Counted from the first letter of the stretch, positions 10,065-20,779 are shown. The stretch: 64,000 nt of DNA from Bacillales bacterium (GCA_016288635.1 JAEEKZ010000007.1:12649-76648), one strand, 5' to 3'. Made by a program: numbers and translations. Notes: generated by a model from the sequence alone, not told the origin.

Positions 10065-10529
10065 ATGACAGATAGTATAGTATTAACGCCAGAGGGTTAT
10101 TTAGAGTTAGAACAAGAGTTAAATGAACTTAAAAATGTTCGCCGCCCTGAAATTATTAGAGCATTAAAAGAAGCTCGTGCTCAAGGTGATTTATCAGAGA
10201 ATGCTGATTATGATGCAGCAAGAAATGATCAAGCTAAAGTTGAAGCTCAAATTAAAGAATTAGAATATCAATTAGAACATGCTATTATCGCAGATAATAA
10301 AAAGACTGCTGGTAAAGTTTCTATTGGATGTACAGTAACAATAGCTTATGCTGAAGATGATACTGAAGATTTTAAATTAGTGGGAGCTACAGAAGCTGAT
10401 ATATTTAATAATAAAATTTCTAATGACTCTCCTTTAGGAAAAGCTATCTTTAATCATAAAAAGGGCGATAAAGTTATGGTTGAAAGTCCTAATGGTGGAT
10501 ACGAAGTAACTATTGTAAACATAGCTTAA
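10065..10529 (+). CDS. greA: Transcription elongation factor GreA
   Basis: LTPEGYLELEQEL...AREQGDLSENADYDAAR coiled-coil signature. Confidence 0.95.
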   Translation: MTDSIVLTPEGYLELEQELNELKNVRRPEIIRALKEARAQGDLSENADYDAARNDQAKVEAQIKELEYQLEHAIIADNKKTAGKVSIGCTVTIAYAEDDTEDFKLVGATEADIFNNKISNDSPLGKAIFNHKKGDKVMVESPNGGYEVTIVNIA

Positions 10530-10560
10530 TGCTATGTTTTTTTGTTAAAAAGAGGTATAT

Positions 10561-11166
10561 ATGCGTGAATTAATAATAAATGATGAAAAGAAGTTTTATT
10601 CAAAGATTTGGCTATATAGATCATTTATTTATAAAAACACTAAGTTTATTAGTAAAATTAAAGATTTTCAAGTAAATGAATGTATTAAGGCTTTAAATAT
10701 AAAGAATAGTAAAGATAGAATTAGCTTTATTATTGATTCAGCATGTGATTTTATAGATAATAAACATAAAAGAGAAAACATATGTGGTTTTAAAGATTGC
10801 AAATGTTTTATTCAAAGATTAAAAAAGAAAAACCAAGTTAATGGTTGTTGTAGATATTGTAAGTATGTAAGTAATAAAGGCTGTACATCTAAATCAGTTG
10901 CTTGCAAGCTATTTAATTGTAGTGAAGTAACTAGTAGATATGATATGGTAGAGTATAAAGATTTAAAGATGTTAAAAGTATTATCGCCTCAAAGAAGAAT
11001 GATTATTAAACATGGATTATTTACACCAAAAGAACAAATGATGAAAATATTGGCACCTAATTTACTTATATACGGAACTGCAAGACTTTTAATAGGTAGT
11101 GTATTACTAAATATATTACCTAACTTTATTAAGTCTAAGAGAGGTAAAAATGCAAGAAAAGCTTAG
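10561..11166 (+). CDS. Cys-rich hypothetical protein with hydrophobic C-terminus
   Basis: 201-aa ORF with the cluster CGFKDCKC...NGCCRYCKY...C...C...C and a C-terminal hydrophobic segment. It overlaps the uvrC start. Confidence 0.5.
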   Translation: MRELIINDEKKFYSKIWLYRSFIYKNTKFISKIKDFQVNECIKALNIKNSKDRISFIIDSACDFIDNKHKRENICGFKDCKCFIQRLKKKNQVNGCCRYCKYVSNKGCTSKSVACKLFNCSEVTSRYDMVEYKDLKMLKVLSPQRRMIIKHGLFTPKEQMMKILAPNLLIYGTARLLIGSVLLNILPNFIKSKRGKNARKA

Positions 11167-12934
11167 TTTAATTCCTCATAAACCTGGTTCTTATCAATAT
11201 TATGATAAGACTGGTAAGATTATTTATGTTGGTAAGGCAAAAGATTTAAATAAACGTGTTCATAGTTATTTTAATAGGCCCCAGTTTGGTAAAACAGCTA
11301 AATTAGTAAGCGAAATATGTGATTTAACATATACTATTACTGATACGGAAACAGAAGCCTTCTTATTGGAAATAAACTTAATTAAAAAATATAATCCTAA
11401 ATATAATATTTTATTAAAGGATGATAAAACATATCCATACATAGAATACATTTCTAAGCCTTTTCCAAGGCTTAAAGTATCAAGATATACAAATATTAAG
11501 AAAAGTGATAAAAAAGAGTTATTTGGGCCTTATACAAATGCATATGCAGCTAAGTCTATAGTTAATCTTATAAATAGATTATATCCACTTAAAAAATGTG
11601 AGGGAATGCCTAAAGAAACCTGTTTATATTATTCAATTGGAGAATGTTTAGGATATTGTACTAAAAATGTTGATCAAGATAAGTTAAAAAATATGGAAGA
11701 TGAAATATTAGGATTCTTAAAGGGAAATGATTCTATTTTAAAGAATAAAGTTATGGAAAAAATAGAATATTATAGTAATTCCTTAAATTATGAGGCGGCA
11801 TTAGAATTAACTAATGAATTAAAACATATTGATATTGTTTTAAATAAACAGAAGATTGATTTAAATGATTTTGTAGATAGAGATATTATTGGTATTTACC
11901 AGGATAAAGGAATGGTTGGTATTCAAATATTATTCTTAAGAAATGGTAAACTACTTGGAGGGAATAATAATATCTTCTATGTTGTAAGCGATGTTACAGA
12001 TGAAGTTACGTCTTATTTAATTTCTTTTTATGAAACTCATGAAAAACCAAAAGAAATATTAATTAGTAATCATATAAATGGTGATATATTATCCTCAATT
12101 GTGGATACTAAAGTACTAATACCACAAAAAGGTATAAAGAAGAATTTAGTTAATATGGCAATTGAGAATGCAAAAATAGCTATTGAAAATGAGTATGGTT
12201 CCATTCTTAGAAGCGAAGAAAAAAGTGTTAATGCTAATGAAAGATTGGCTAATATCTTAGGTTTACCAAATATTCATAGAATAGATGCTTTTGATAACTC
12301 TAACCTATTTGGAACATATTCTGTAAGTGGTATGGTAGTATTCATAAATGGATTACCTGCAAAGAAAGAATATCGCAAGTATAAAATTGAACAAGATAAG
12401 AATGATGATTATGCAATGATGAAAGAGGTTATTTATCGCCGTTATTATCGAGTTTTATTAGAAAAACAAGAAATACCTGATTTAATACTGGTAGATGGCG
12501 GATTAAATCAAATAAATGCTTGTAAAGAAATACTAGAAGCTTTAAATTTACCTATTAAAGTATGCGGATTAAGAAAGAATGATAAACATAGAACTAACGA
12601 TTTAATTGATGGTGATACTTTAAAAGTAATTGAAATGGAACCTGATGATAAAGTATTCTTATATTTAACGAGAATTCAAGATGAAGTACATAGATATACA
12701 ATTAATTATCATAAACAAATTAGAAGTAAAGGCGCTATAGCATCAGTTCTAGATAATGTTACAGGAATAGGTTCTGCTAGAAAGAAAGAACTAATTAAAA
12801 AGTATGGCTCCATAAAAAGAATTGAAGAAACTAGTGTTGAGGAATTAAAAGAAATACTTCCAGAAGAAGTAGCTAATAATTTAAAGAAATACCTACTTAT
12901 GAGAAAAGAAGATAAAGAAAAACAAGATAATTAG
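11150..12934 (+). CDS. uvrC: Excinuclease ABC subunit C
   Basis: GIY-YIG N-terminus (GSYQYYDKTGKIIYVGKAKDLNKRV), UVR domain and C-terminal HhH. Confidence 0.95.
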   Translation: MQEKLSLIPHKPGSYQYYDKTGKIIYVGKAKDLNKRVHSYFNRPQFGKTAKLVSEICDLTYTITDTETEAFLLEINLIKKYNPKYNILLKDDKTYPYIEYISKPFPRLKVSRYTNIKKSDKKELFGPYTNAYAAKSIVNLINRLYPLKKCEGMPKETCLYYSIGECLGYCTKNVDQDKLKNMEDEILGFLKGNDSILKNKVMEKIEYYSNSLNYEAALELTNELKHIDIVLNKQKIDLNDFVDRDIIGIYQDKGMVGIQILFLRNGKLLGGNNNIFYVVSDVTDEVTSYLISFYETHEKPKEILISNHINGDILSSIVDTKVLIPQKGIKKNLVNMAIENAKIAIENEYGSILRSEEKSVNANERLANILGLPNIHRIDAFDNSNLFGTYSVSGMVVFINGLPAKKEYRKYKIEQDKNDDYAMMKEVIYRRYYRVLLEKQEIPDLILVDGGLNQINACKEILEALNLPIKVCGLRKNDKHRTNDLIDGDTLKVIEMEPDDKVFLYLTRIQDEVHRYTINYHKQIRSKGAIASVLDNVTGIGSARKKELIKKYGSIKRIEETSVEELKEILPEEVANNLKKYLLMRKEDKEKQDN

Positions 12935-13287
12935 TCTTGTTTTTTTATTACTTCTTTTGCGCTATTCATATATGCTCTTAGTAAGTTACCAGCTCCTAGC
13001 TTAGTACCACCAAAATACCTTACTACTGCAATAAATTTGTTTTCTAAGTTATTATATTCCATGATGTTATAAATTGGTGTTCCTGCAGTCCCGGATGGTT
13101 CTTTATCATCTGATCTTCCAGCAGTATTAGTTAGTTTATAAGCATATGGTATATGTTTTGCTTTTTTATGTTCTTCTTTTAAATTATTTATTACTTCTTT
13201 AACCTCATCTTGAGTCGTTACTTCATAGTAATAAGCAATAAATTTTGATTTTTTAATAATTAGTTCATATGTATTAATTAACTTCAT
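12931..13287 (-). CDS. YigZ/IMPACT-family N-terminal domain protein (short)
   Basis: KKSKFIAYY...GEPSGTAG...RYFGGTKLGAGNLLRAY blocks. The start was moved to the ATG after GAGGT (MKLINTY). Confidence 0.7.
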   Translation of the reverse strand: MKLINTYELIIKKSKFIAYYYEVTTQDEVKEVINNLKEEHKKAKHIPYAYKLTNTAGRSDDKEPSGTAGTPIYNIMEYNNLENKFIAVVRYFGGTKLGAGNLLRAYMNSAKEVIKKQD

Positions 13288-13407
13288 AATAAACCTCATC
13301 TATTTATAAGTATATCAAATTGTTTTATTTAAATACAATAGAGAGTTTTTTGACAGAAAACGATATAAATTTATTAAATATTATGGTATGATTTAGTTGT
13401 GGTTAAA

Positions 13408-13662
13408 ATGAAAGAAGAAGAATATTTCAATAATGCAACTGAACTTTATCAAAGAGTATTTCCTGCGCTTAAAACCAAGAAAGACGAGATTAATCTTGAG
13501 TTTAAATGTAATGTGAAAGAAATTGAAATATGGCAATATATGCGAAACAGAATATGGAAAGAAACTGTAGATTTAACACTAGGAGATATTATTGAAGATA
13601 TTCTTAATACTAAAAATGACGATATATATTTTTATATCAAGAATAATAGGAGTGATAATTAA
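13408..13662 (+). CDS. Small conserved protein upstream of relA (ComN/YrzD-like?)
   Basis: ORF abutting the relA start. The function assignment is tentative. Confidence 0.35.
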   Translation: MKEEEYFNNATELYQRVFPALKTKKDEINLEFKCNVKEIEIWQYMRNRIWKETVDLTLGDIIEDILNTKNDDIYFYIKNNRSDN

Positions 13663-15773
13663 TGGTTACTATAGATGATTTGTTGAAGAAGTTAAATTCT
13701 GAAGAAGATAAAGAACAAGTCAAAAAAGCTTATGAATTCGCTGAAAAAGTTCATAAGGGAATGAAAAGATTAACAAAAGATGATTATATAACACATCCAC
13801 TAGAAGTGGCTAATATAGTAATGGATTTGAATGTTGATGTAACAACAATTGTGTCAGCATTATTACATGAAACAATCAATAATGGTAATGTAACCAAAGA
13901 AGAGTTAGAAGAAGAATTTGGTGAGGAAGTTGCTAAGATTGTTGAATCTGTAAGTAGAATAAATAAGCTAGAATTACCAGATGATTCTGAATCTAGTAAA
14001 ATATATTTAAGAAAAATACTTGTAGGTATGAGTGAAGATGTTAGAGTTTTATATATAAAATTAGCTGATAGACTTCATAATATGCGAACAAACTGGGCAG
14101 TTAATCCAGTTAAACAAAAGCAAAAAGCTCGCGAAACAATGGATATTTTAATTCCAATTGCTCATCGTTTAGGTATTAACTCAATCAAATCTGAACTAGA
14201 AAACTTATGTTTATTCTATTTAAAACCAGATGTTTACAATGATATTTTGGAAAAGTTAAATAGTTCTGTACTAGAATTAAATGATTCTTTAAATGATATG
14301 AAAACTTCATTAATTGATTTAATGAATGAAAATGATATTAAGTTTGAAATTAAAGGAAGAGTTAAAAGCGTATATAGTATTTATAATAAACTTAATAATG
14401 GAAAAAAATGGAATGATATTTATGATATCCTAGCCTTAAGAATTTACGTTGAAAAGGTAAGTGATTGTTATGCTGCGATTGGATTAATTCATTCTAAGTT
14501 TAAACCTGTTCCTAAGAGATTTAAGGATTATATTGCTCAGCCTAAAGAAAATATGTATCAAAGCTTACATACAACTGTTTATGGTGTAGATGGTAAGATA
14601 TTTGAGATTCAAGTTAGAACATATGAAATGGATGAAATTGCGGAAAAAGGTATAGCATCTCACTGGTCTTATAAAGAAAAAGGAACTAAGAAGATTCAAA
14701 ATGCTATGGAGCAAAAGTTAGAAATATATCGTAATATAATTGATTCTAATAAAGATAAAGAAGATGTTAATTATGAAGAAGAGATTATTTCCGATATGAT
14801 TTATGTATATACTCCAAAGGGAGACGTTATGGAACTCCCTAAAGGTTCTACACCAATAGATTTTGCTTATCGTATTCATACTAATGTTGGTAATACTGCA
14901 GTTGGCGCTATAGTTAATGATTTAATTGTTCCATTTAGTTATGAATTGCAAGATGGTGATGTAGTTAAAATTAAGACAAATGCTTCATCAGCACCAAATA
15001 AAGATTGGCTAAATATAGTAAAAACTACACAAGCTATTTCAAAGATTAAATCTTATTTTAGTAAAAAAGATCATGAAGAATATGTAAATAAAGGTAAAGA
15101 TTATTTAGAAAAAGAATTAAGAAAGAGACATCTTGCTTTTGCGGATGTATTTAATACTGATTCAATTAATAAAGTAATAAATGAATTAAAGTTTAAAGAT
15201 GAAGAAGATTTATATTTATCCATTGGTTCATTTAGATATACTGCAGGATTTATAATTAATCTTGCTACAGAAGATAATAAAGATGCTGTAGATCCATTTA
15301 TTGATAAGAAGAAAGAAAATACTAAGAAGATAGATCATAAGGGAGCTATTCTAGTAGATGGTATAGATAATATTTTAGTTAATATAGCTAAATGTTGTAA
15401 ACCTATTAAGGGGGATCCAATTGTTGGCTATATCACTAAGACTTCAGGAATATCAATTCATAAAGCAAATTGTATAAATATGCAAGAAATTACTGAAAGA
15501 AAAGTAGATGTTACATGGAATGATGCGTCAGATAATTTCTATTTAACTAATTTATATGTACATGTTAATAAAGAAGAAAATATTCTTTCAGATATAATTG
15601 AAATAGTTTCTAAACAAAATATTTATGTCCCTTCATTTAATACAATTGATATGAATAATAAAACTATTTATGAAATTGTTGTTAGAGTAAAGAATGTAGA
15701 TGATTTACAAAATGTAATAAATGCTATTTCAAGACTTGCTCATGTTAAAGAAGTTACAAGGGAGTTTAAATAA
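13662..15773 (+). CDS. relA: Bifunctional (p)ppGpp synthetase/hydrolase RelA/SpoT
   Basis: HD domain (HPLEVANIV), RelA/SpoT synthetase domain, and TGS and ACT-like C-terminal regions. 703 aa. Confidence 0.95.
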   Translation: MVTIDDLLKKLNSEEDKEQVKKAYEFAEKVHKGMKRLTKDDYITHPLEVANIVMDLNVDVTTIVSALLHETINNGNVTKEELEEEFGEEVAKIVESVSRINKLELPDDSESSKIYLRKILVGMSEDVRVLYIKLADRLHNMRTNWAVNPVKQKQKARETMDILIPIAHRLGINSIKSELENLCLFYLKPDVYNDILEKLNSSVLELNDSLNDMKTSLIDLMNENDIKFEIKGRVKSVYSIYNKLNNGKKWNDIYDILALRIYVEKVSDCYAAIGLIHSKFKPVPKRFKDYIAQPKENMYQSLHTTVYGVDGKIFEIQVRTYEMDEIAEKGIASHWSYKEKGTKKIQNAMEQKLEIYRNIIDSNKDKEDVNYEEEIISDMIYVYTPKGDVMELPKGSTPIDFAYRIHTNVGNTAVGAIVNDLIVPFSYELQDGDVVKIKTNASSAPNKDWLNIVKTTQAISKIKSYFSKKDHEEYVNKGKDYLEKELRKRHLAFADVFNTDSINKVINELKFKDEEDLYLSIGSFRYTAGFIINLATEDNKDAVDPFIDKKKENTKKIDHKGAILVDGIDNILVNIAKCCKPIKGDPIVGYITKTSGISIHKANCINMQEITERKVDVTWNDASDNFYLTNLYVHVNKEENILSDIIEIVSKQNIYVPSFNTIDMNNKTIYEIVVRVKNVDDLQNVINAISRLAHVKEVTREFK

Positions 15774-16219
15774 TGAGAGTTATTGTACAAAGATCACAAG
15801 AAGCATGTGTTAAAGTAGATGGAAAGGCAGTTGGTAAAATATCTAATGGTTTAGTTCTACTTGTTGGGTTTACTCATGAAGATGATGAAACTGTTATTCC
15901 TAAGATGGTTAAGAAAATAGTTAACTTAAGAATATTTGATGATGAAAATGGTGTTATGAATAAATCTATTCTTGATGCTGGTGGCGAAATATTATCAATT
16001 AGTCAATTTACTTTATATGCAGATGCAACAAAGGGAAATAGACCAAGTTATGTTCATGCAATGCCAGGAGAACAATCAAGTAAGTTATATGATAAGTTTA
16101 ATGAAGAAATTAACCAAATAGTACATACAGAAACGGGTATATTTGGTGCAGATATGAAAATAACTTTTACAGCAGATGGACCTGTAACAATATGTTTAGA
16201 AATTAATAAAAATAACTAG
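15773..16219 (+). CDS. dtd: D-aminoacyl-tRNA deacylase
   Basis: MRVIVQR...SQFTLYADATKGNRPS signature. Follows relA as in Bacillus. Confidence 0.95.
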   Translation: MRVIVQRSQEACVKVDGKAVGKISNGLVLLVGFTHEDDETVIPKMVKKIVNLRIFDDENGVMNKSILDAGGEILSISQFTLYADATKGNRPSYVHAMPGEQSSKLYDKFNEEINQIVHTETGIFGADMKITFTADGPVTICLEINKNN

Positions 16220-16239
16220 TAATTGCTAGTTATTTTTTT
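16213..16239 (+). terminator. Intrinsic terminator
   Basis: TAACTAG-taattg-CTAGTTA followed by T7. Confidence 0.75.
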
Positions 16240-16273
16240 ATGTAATATTGTATAATATATTCAAGAGGATATT

Positions 16274-17179
16274 ATGAAAATACAGAAAGATTATAGTTTA
16301 TTAGATGATAATATTAATAAGTATTTAGATTATTTAAAATATGAACGTAAATTAAGTGAAAATACCTATAAATCATATTTAGATAATTTATATAAACTTA
16401 GTGAATATTTTAATAAAAATAAAGATTCTATTAGAGATACTTCTACATTTAGTGAAGATGAATTAAGAGAGTTCTTTTATAAACTAGATTTAAATAGTAA
16501 ATCCAAAGCTCATTATTTAACAGTAATTAACTCTTATTATAATTTTTTGGTTAGAGAAAAAGTAATTGAAAAGAACCCTGTTGCTTCAATTAAAATGCCT
16601 AAATTAGATAAAAAATTGCCAAATTATCTAACTATTGATGAGGTTGATAAATTACTTGATATAAAACTTACTAAACCAAATGATTATCGTAATAAAGCTA
16701 TGTTAGAACTATTATATGGTTCTGGTCTTCGTATATCTGAATTAATTAATTTGAAAATGGAACAAATAGATTTTCAAGAAGAATTAGTTAGAGTAATGGG
16801 GAAGGGTAAAAAAGAAAGAATTATACCTTTAAATAATTATTCTATTAGATGCTTGAAAGAATATGTTTATAATCATAGAAATTTTTTGCTTAAGACTAAA
16901 TCAAGTGAGTATTTATTTATAAATAATATGGGATCTAATATTTCTAGACAAGGATTTTTTAAAATATTAAAGGCGTTAGCAAAAGATGCAGGAATAACTA
17001 AGGAAATATCCCCACATACTTTAAGACACTCATTTGCAACACATATGCTTAATAATGGGGCAGATTTAAGGGTTGTTCAAGAGTTATTAGGCCATGAGAA
17101 TTTAGTCACTACAGAAATATATACTCATTTAGAGAATGCAAAGATAAAAGATGATTATCAAAATCATCCGCATGCCTAG
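16274..17179 (+). CDS. xerD: Site-specific tyrosine recombinase, XerD/XerC family
   Basis: R...HxLRHSFATHML...LGHENLVTTEIYTH catalytic blocks, 301 aa. Confidence 0.85.
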   Translation: MKIQKDYSLLDDNINKYLDYLKYERKLSENTYKSYLDNLYKLSEYFNKNKDSIRDTSTFSEDELREFFYKLDLNSKSKAHYLTVINSYYNFLVREKVIEKNPVASIKMPKLDKKLPNYLTIDEVDKLLDIKLTKPNDYRNKAMLELLYGSGLRISELINLKMEQIDFQEELVRVMGKGKKERIIPLNNYSIRCLKEYVYNHRNFLLKTKSSEYLFINNMGSNISRQGFFKILKALAKDAGITKEISPHTLRHSFATHMLNNGADLRVVQELLGHENLVTTEIYTHLENAKIKDDYQNHPHA

Positions 17180-17253
17180 TATTTATGCCTATTTGTTGAC
17201 TATAAACTATAAAAATGTTAATATTTATTCGTTAAACGAAATTGTGTGATATT

Positions 17254-17907
17254 ATGGAAAAATTCAAAAAATTTATAATAGTATTTACTATGACTTTTTT
17301 ACTAGGCTGCTTGCTTGGTTATGCAATTGAATTAGTATGGTACTTAGTAAAACATGGAATACTCATGGGTAAACCTGGTTTATTGTATGGCCCGCTTAAG
17401 CCAATATATGGTTTGGGGTTCTCTGCGATGGCTGGATTATATTATTTACTTAAAGATGTAAAATCAATATTATTATTTGTTATTGGCTTTATCTTTGGTG
17501 GAGTTTTTGAATATTTAATGGCTGTTATAGAAGAAAAACTATTAAATGCCTACTCATGGACATATGCTTCATTTAACATGAATATTGGGGGAAAAGTTTA
17601 TATTCCGTATTGTTTTGTATGGGGGTTATTATTTATTTTATTTATTAAGTTATTATATCCTAAAATAGAAAAAATAATATTAAAGACGCCGTTTGTGCTC
17701 GCTTTAATTATTAATATTTTATTACTTATAGATGGGGTGTTAACTTCAATTGCTATTATTCAATATTCTAATAGGGTTCATAAAATACCTACAACAAATA
17801 GTGTTTTAAAAATAATTGATGAGAAATATGACAATGATTATATGAAGAAGAAATTTCCAAATTTAAGAATAATAAAGGAAAAAAAGGAAGTGAAGAAAAA
17901 TGGCTAA
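17254..17907 (+). CDS. Polytopic membrane protein (function unknown)
   Basis: Six or more hydrophobic segments. Overlaps the mnmA start. Confidence 0.55.
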   Translation: MEKFKKFIIVFTMTFLLGCLLGYAIELVWYLVKHGILMGKPGLLYGPLKPIYGLGFSAMAGLYYLLKDVKSILLFVIGFIFGGVFEYLMAVIEEKLLNAYSWTYASFNMNIGGKVYIPYCFVWGLLFILFIKLLYPKIEKIILKTPFVLALIINILLLIDGVLTSIAIIQYSNRVHKIPTTNSVLKIIDEKYDNDYMKKKFPNLRIIKEKKEVKKNG

Positions 17908-19018
17908 AGTAATTATAGGAATGTCTGGTGGAGTAGATTCTGCTGTTGCGGCATATCTACTTAAAAACGAAGGATATGAAGTAGAAGGATTATTTATGAG
18001 AAACTGGGATAGTTCCTTAAATAATGAGTTAAATAATGAAAACTTTGATGATATATGCCCTCAAGAAAAAGACTATAATGATGCTTTAGAGGTATGTAAA
18101 AATCTTGGTATTCCTTTACATAGAGTGGATTTTATTAAAGAGTATTGGGATTATGTATTTAAATACTTCTTGGAGGAATTAAAAAAGGGAAGAACTCCAA
18201 ATCCAGATCTTTTATGTAATAAGTTTATAAAATTTGATTATTTTAAAAAGGAAGCATTAAAACTGGGTGCTGATTATATTGCAACTGGTCATTATGCCAA
18301 GTTTGATGGTAAACATTTATTAAGAGCTAAAGATTTAAATAAAGATCAATCATACTTTCTAGCAGATTTAAAAGAAGAACAACTTAAGAATGTATTATTT
18401 CCGGTTGGCGATTATACAAAGCCTGAAGTTAGACAAATAGCTAAAGATAATAATTTATATGTAGCGGAAAAGAAAGATTCTACAGGTATATGTTTTATTG
18501 GTGAAAGAAATTATCAAAAGTTTATTAGTAATTATTTAAAGCCTAATCCTGGAGATATTATTGATGTTGAAACTAAAGAAGTTATAGGACAACATAAAGG
18601 ATTAATGAATTACACAATTGGTCAGAGAAGAAATGTTGGTATAAGTGGTAATTTAGAAAGACATTATGTATGTGGTAAAGATGTTAAAAAGAATGTCTTA
18701 TATGTTGCTTTTGGAGACTCTGAATATTTATATTCTGATTCATGTACTCTAGATAATGTTAATATTATTAATGATCAGGAATTGCCTAAGAAATGTACTG
18801 CTAAATTTAGATATCGTGGAGAGGATTATCCGGTTGAGATAGAATATTTAGATGATGGTAAATTATTAGTTAAATATCCAAGCAATACTGTTAAATCAGT
18901 TACTCCTGGTCAAGCATGTGTATTATATGATGGAGATGTGTGCTTAGGATGTGGGTTCATCAATAAAGTTTATAAAAATAATGAACCACTTTGGTATTTA
19001 AATCCAAGCGAAGATTAA
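17900..19018 (+). CDS. mnmA: tRNA 2-thiouridine(34) synthase
   Basis: GMSGGVDSAVAAYLL PP-loop and overall MnmA blocks. Confidence 0.95.
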   Translation: MAKVIIGMSGGVDSAVAAYLLKNEGYEVEGLFMRNWDSSLNNELNNENFDDICPQEKDYNDALEVCKNLGIPLHRVDFIKEYWDYVFKYFLEELKKGRTPNPDLLCNKFIKFDYFKKEALKLGADYIATGHYAKFDGKHLLRAKDLNKDQSYFLADLKEEQLKNVLFPVGDYTKPEVRQIAKDNNLYVAEKKDSTGICFIGERNYQKFISNYLKPNPGDIIDVETKEVIGQHKGLMNYTIGQRRNVGISGNLERHYVCGKDVKKNVLYVAFGDSEYLYSDSCTLDNVNIINDQELPKKCTAKFRYRGEDYPVEIEYLDDGKLLVKYPSNTVKSVTPGQACVLYDGDVCLGCGFINKVYKNNEPLWYLNPSED

Positions 19019-19043
19019 AATAGATAGAAATATCTATTTTTTT
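19017..19043 (+). terminator. Intrinsic terminator
   Basis: AATAGATA-gaa-TATCTATT followed by a T run. Confidence 0.75.
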
Positions 19044-19077
19044 ATTTATTTTGTGATATTATATTATTGGTGATGAT

Positions 19078-19860
19078 ATGAAATTATTTGAAAAGAAATG
19101 CCCTAATTGTGGTGCTCAAATGTCTTTTAAAAAGGACGATAAAGAAGTAACATGTGGGTATTGTAGAAAAAGTTTTATTATAGAGAATGATAATCCGGAA
19201 GGAGTATTTGACGTAGAAAGTTTTAAATTAATAAATAATACTATGGGAATTATGTCCGGAATGCATTTTGTTATTTTTGGTATAGCCTTGTTCATGATAG
19301 TCGGTATTTCTGTTGCTATGTTTAATAATATAAAGAATAATAAGATAAATAATAACCCTCAGCCTATAATTAATAATGGAGGTACAAAGAATAATACTGA
19401 AAAGGATTCTAATTACTTAACTAAGTATAGTGAAATTGGACAGGATTTAATTGATTTAAATCGTGAAGGGGGAATTAATGCTCTTGATAATACTATTAAT
19501 TTCTATGTAGAACATTTCATGCCTAAAATTGTAAATAGCTGGGAATATGTAGGAAGTTATTTCTTAGTAAGAAATGAAACATCTTCACGTATGCAACATA
19601 ATATTTTGTATGATATATATAGTATTACTTATAAGATAGATGGGGAAAACAAAACTTATTATGGGGTTGTTGTTAATAGTGATTTTATGAGATCTGGAGA
19701 TAAAATAGTAACACTGGGCAATACATTGCCAGCTGTTCCTAGAAATGATTTGAAAGATGGAAAAATTGCATTTGGTTACATTAGTTTAGATTCTGTATTT
19801 AATGAATTAGTAGGAAAGAATATTGATTTTACAATTGAAACAAATACATTTGAAGGCTAG
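19078..19860 (+). CDS. Zinc-ribbon plus single-TM protein, unknown function
   Basis: CPNCGA...CGYC N-terminal ribbon, one TM (FVIFGIALFMIVGISVAMF), and an Asn-rich linker. Confidence 0.55.
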   Translation: MKLFEKKCPNCGAQMSFKKDDKEVTCGYCRKSFIIENDNPEGVFDVESFKLINNTMGIMSGMHFVIFGIALFMIVGISVAMFNNIKNNKINNNPQPIINNGGTKNNTEKDSNYLTKYSEIGQDLIDLNREGGINALDNTINFYVEHFMPKIVNSWEYVGSYFLVRNETSSRMQHNILYDIYSITYKIDGENKTYYGVVVNSDFMRSGDKIVTLGNTLPAVPRNDLKDGKIAFGYISLDSVFNELVGKNIDFTIETNTFEG

Positions 19861-19940
19861 TTAAAAAACTAGTCTTTTTTAGTTATCTAATCTTTTATTA
19901 TATCATCGTAATAATTTCTTAGAATAACAGTTGTTATTGC

Positions 19941-19970
19941 TTGACAGTAAAGTATTTGTTTATGTATAAT
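19941..19970 (+). promoter_or_regulatory. sigmaA-type promoter TTGACA-18-TATAAT
   Basis: TTGACA at 19941-19946 and TATAAT at 19965-19970. Confidence 0.65.
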
Positions 19971-20005
19971 TATTATGTAAAGTCGAGAAAGAAAGAAGGC
20001 TTAAT

Positions 20006-20779
20006 ATGAAATATTTAAATAATTTATTACAAGATTTGGGAATTACAAAAGTTAAATTAGCAAAATATCTAGGCGTTTCTAGACAAATGATATATAACTA
20101 TTTGACATTTGATTCAGTAGATAAATGGCCAAAGGAGAAGAAAATATTATTAATGCAATTATTAGATGTTAATGATATTACTGAGAAAGACATTAAGGCT
20201 ATTAAGGTTGATTCAAACTATATGATTCAGGTTGAACAAAAACTTAATAATTCTTTGAAATCTTCTAATTGTAATGAGTCTGTTATAGATTTTAAGGGAT
20301 TAAATAAAGAATCTAAACAATTACTTAGTGATATAACTAATCTATTAAGAGATAAGCTAGGGGATGATAAGACTAAAGAAAACCTTTATGAGGTTAAGTA
20401 TTTGTACTACTTCCTTCAATCAATGGATAATATCCCTGAGATTAAGTATATTCTTGGATATATGGCTAAGTCTAATGGATTTGTTAAGCCAGATGTTTAT
20501 GTATTTAGCGAAGAAAAACAATTCTTATTTGAAGCAATTTTATATTCTGCGTTTACACTATATAGCAGTGGGGGATCTTCTAAGAGTAAGATAATTGAAA
20601 GACATAAACGTTTTGAACAAGAAATCGAACAAAAGAAGGAAGAAATACTTGGTAGAACTGAGCAATTAACTACAACAAAGATTCAAGCTTTAAGAGAACT
20701 TGGATATAGTGAAGTTAATTCAAAGAATTATCAAGAAGTATTAGAGAAGATGGCGGAGATTGAATCTAGAAAGATTTAA
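20006..20779 (+). CDS. XRE-family helix-turn-helix transcriptional regulator with unknown C-terminal domain
   Basis: LGITKVKLAKYLGVSRQMIYNYL HTH. The ~190-aa helical remainder is unassigned. Confidence 0.7.
   Translation: MKYLNNLLQDLGITKVKLAKYLGVSRQMIYNYLTFDSVDKWPKEKKILLMQLLDVNDITEKDIKAIKVDSNYMIQVEQKLNNSLKSSNCNESVIDFKGLNKESKQLLSDITNLLRDKLGDDKTKENLYEVKYLYYFLQSMDNIPEIKYILGYMAKSNGFVKPDVYVFSEEKQFLFEAILYSAFTLYSSGGSSKSKIIERHKRFEQEIEQKKEEILGRTEQLTTTKIQALRELGYSEVNSKNYQEVLEKMAEIESRKI

Noticed and set aside
16274-17179. The tyrosine recombinase as a marker of an integrated mobile element
   Set aside because: It has the Xer-type catalytic blocks and sits among core genes (relA-dtd upstream, mnmA downstream). 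There are no flanking direct repeats and no phage, plasmid or transposase genes, so it is most likely the chromosomal dimer-resolution recombinase.
19953-19980. A dif-like sequence (TATTATGTAAAGT resembles the XerD arm TATTATGTAAACT of the Bacillus dif site)
   Set aside because: Only the right arm matches. The left (XerC) arm shows almost no identity, and the sequence coincides with the -10 and start region of a strong promoter for the XRE regulator gene.
20364-20594. A 76-aa plus-strand ORF overlapping the XRE regulator gene in another frame
   Set aside because: It lies entirely inside a well-supported CDS, has no RBS, and its composition is low-complexity, typical of an out-of-frame reading.
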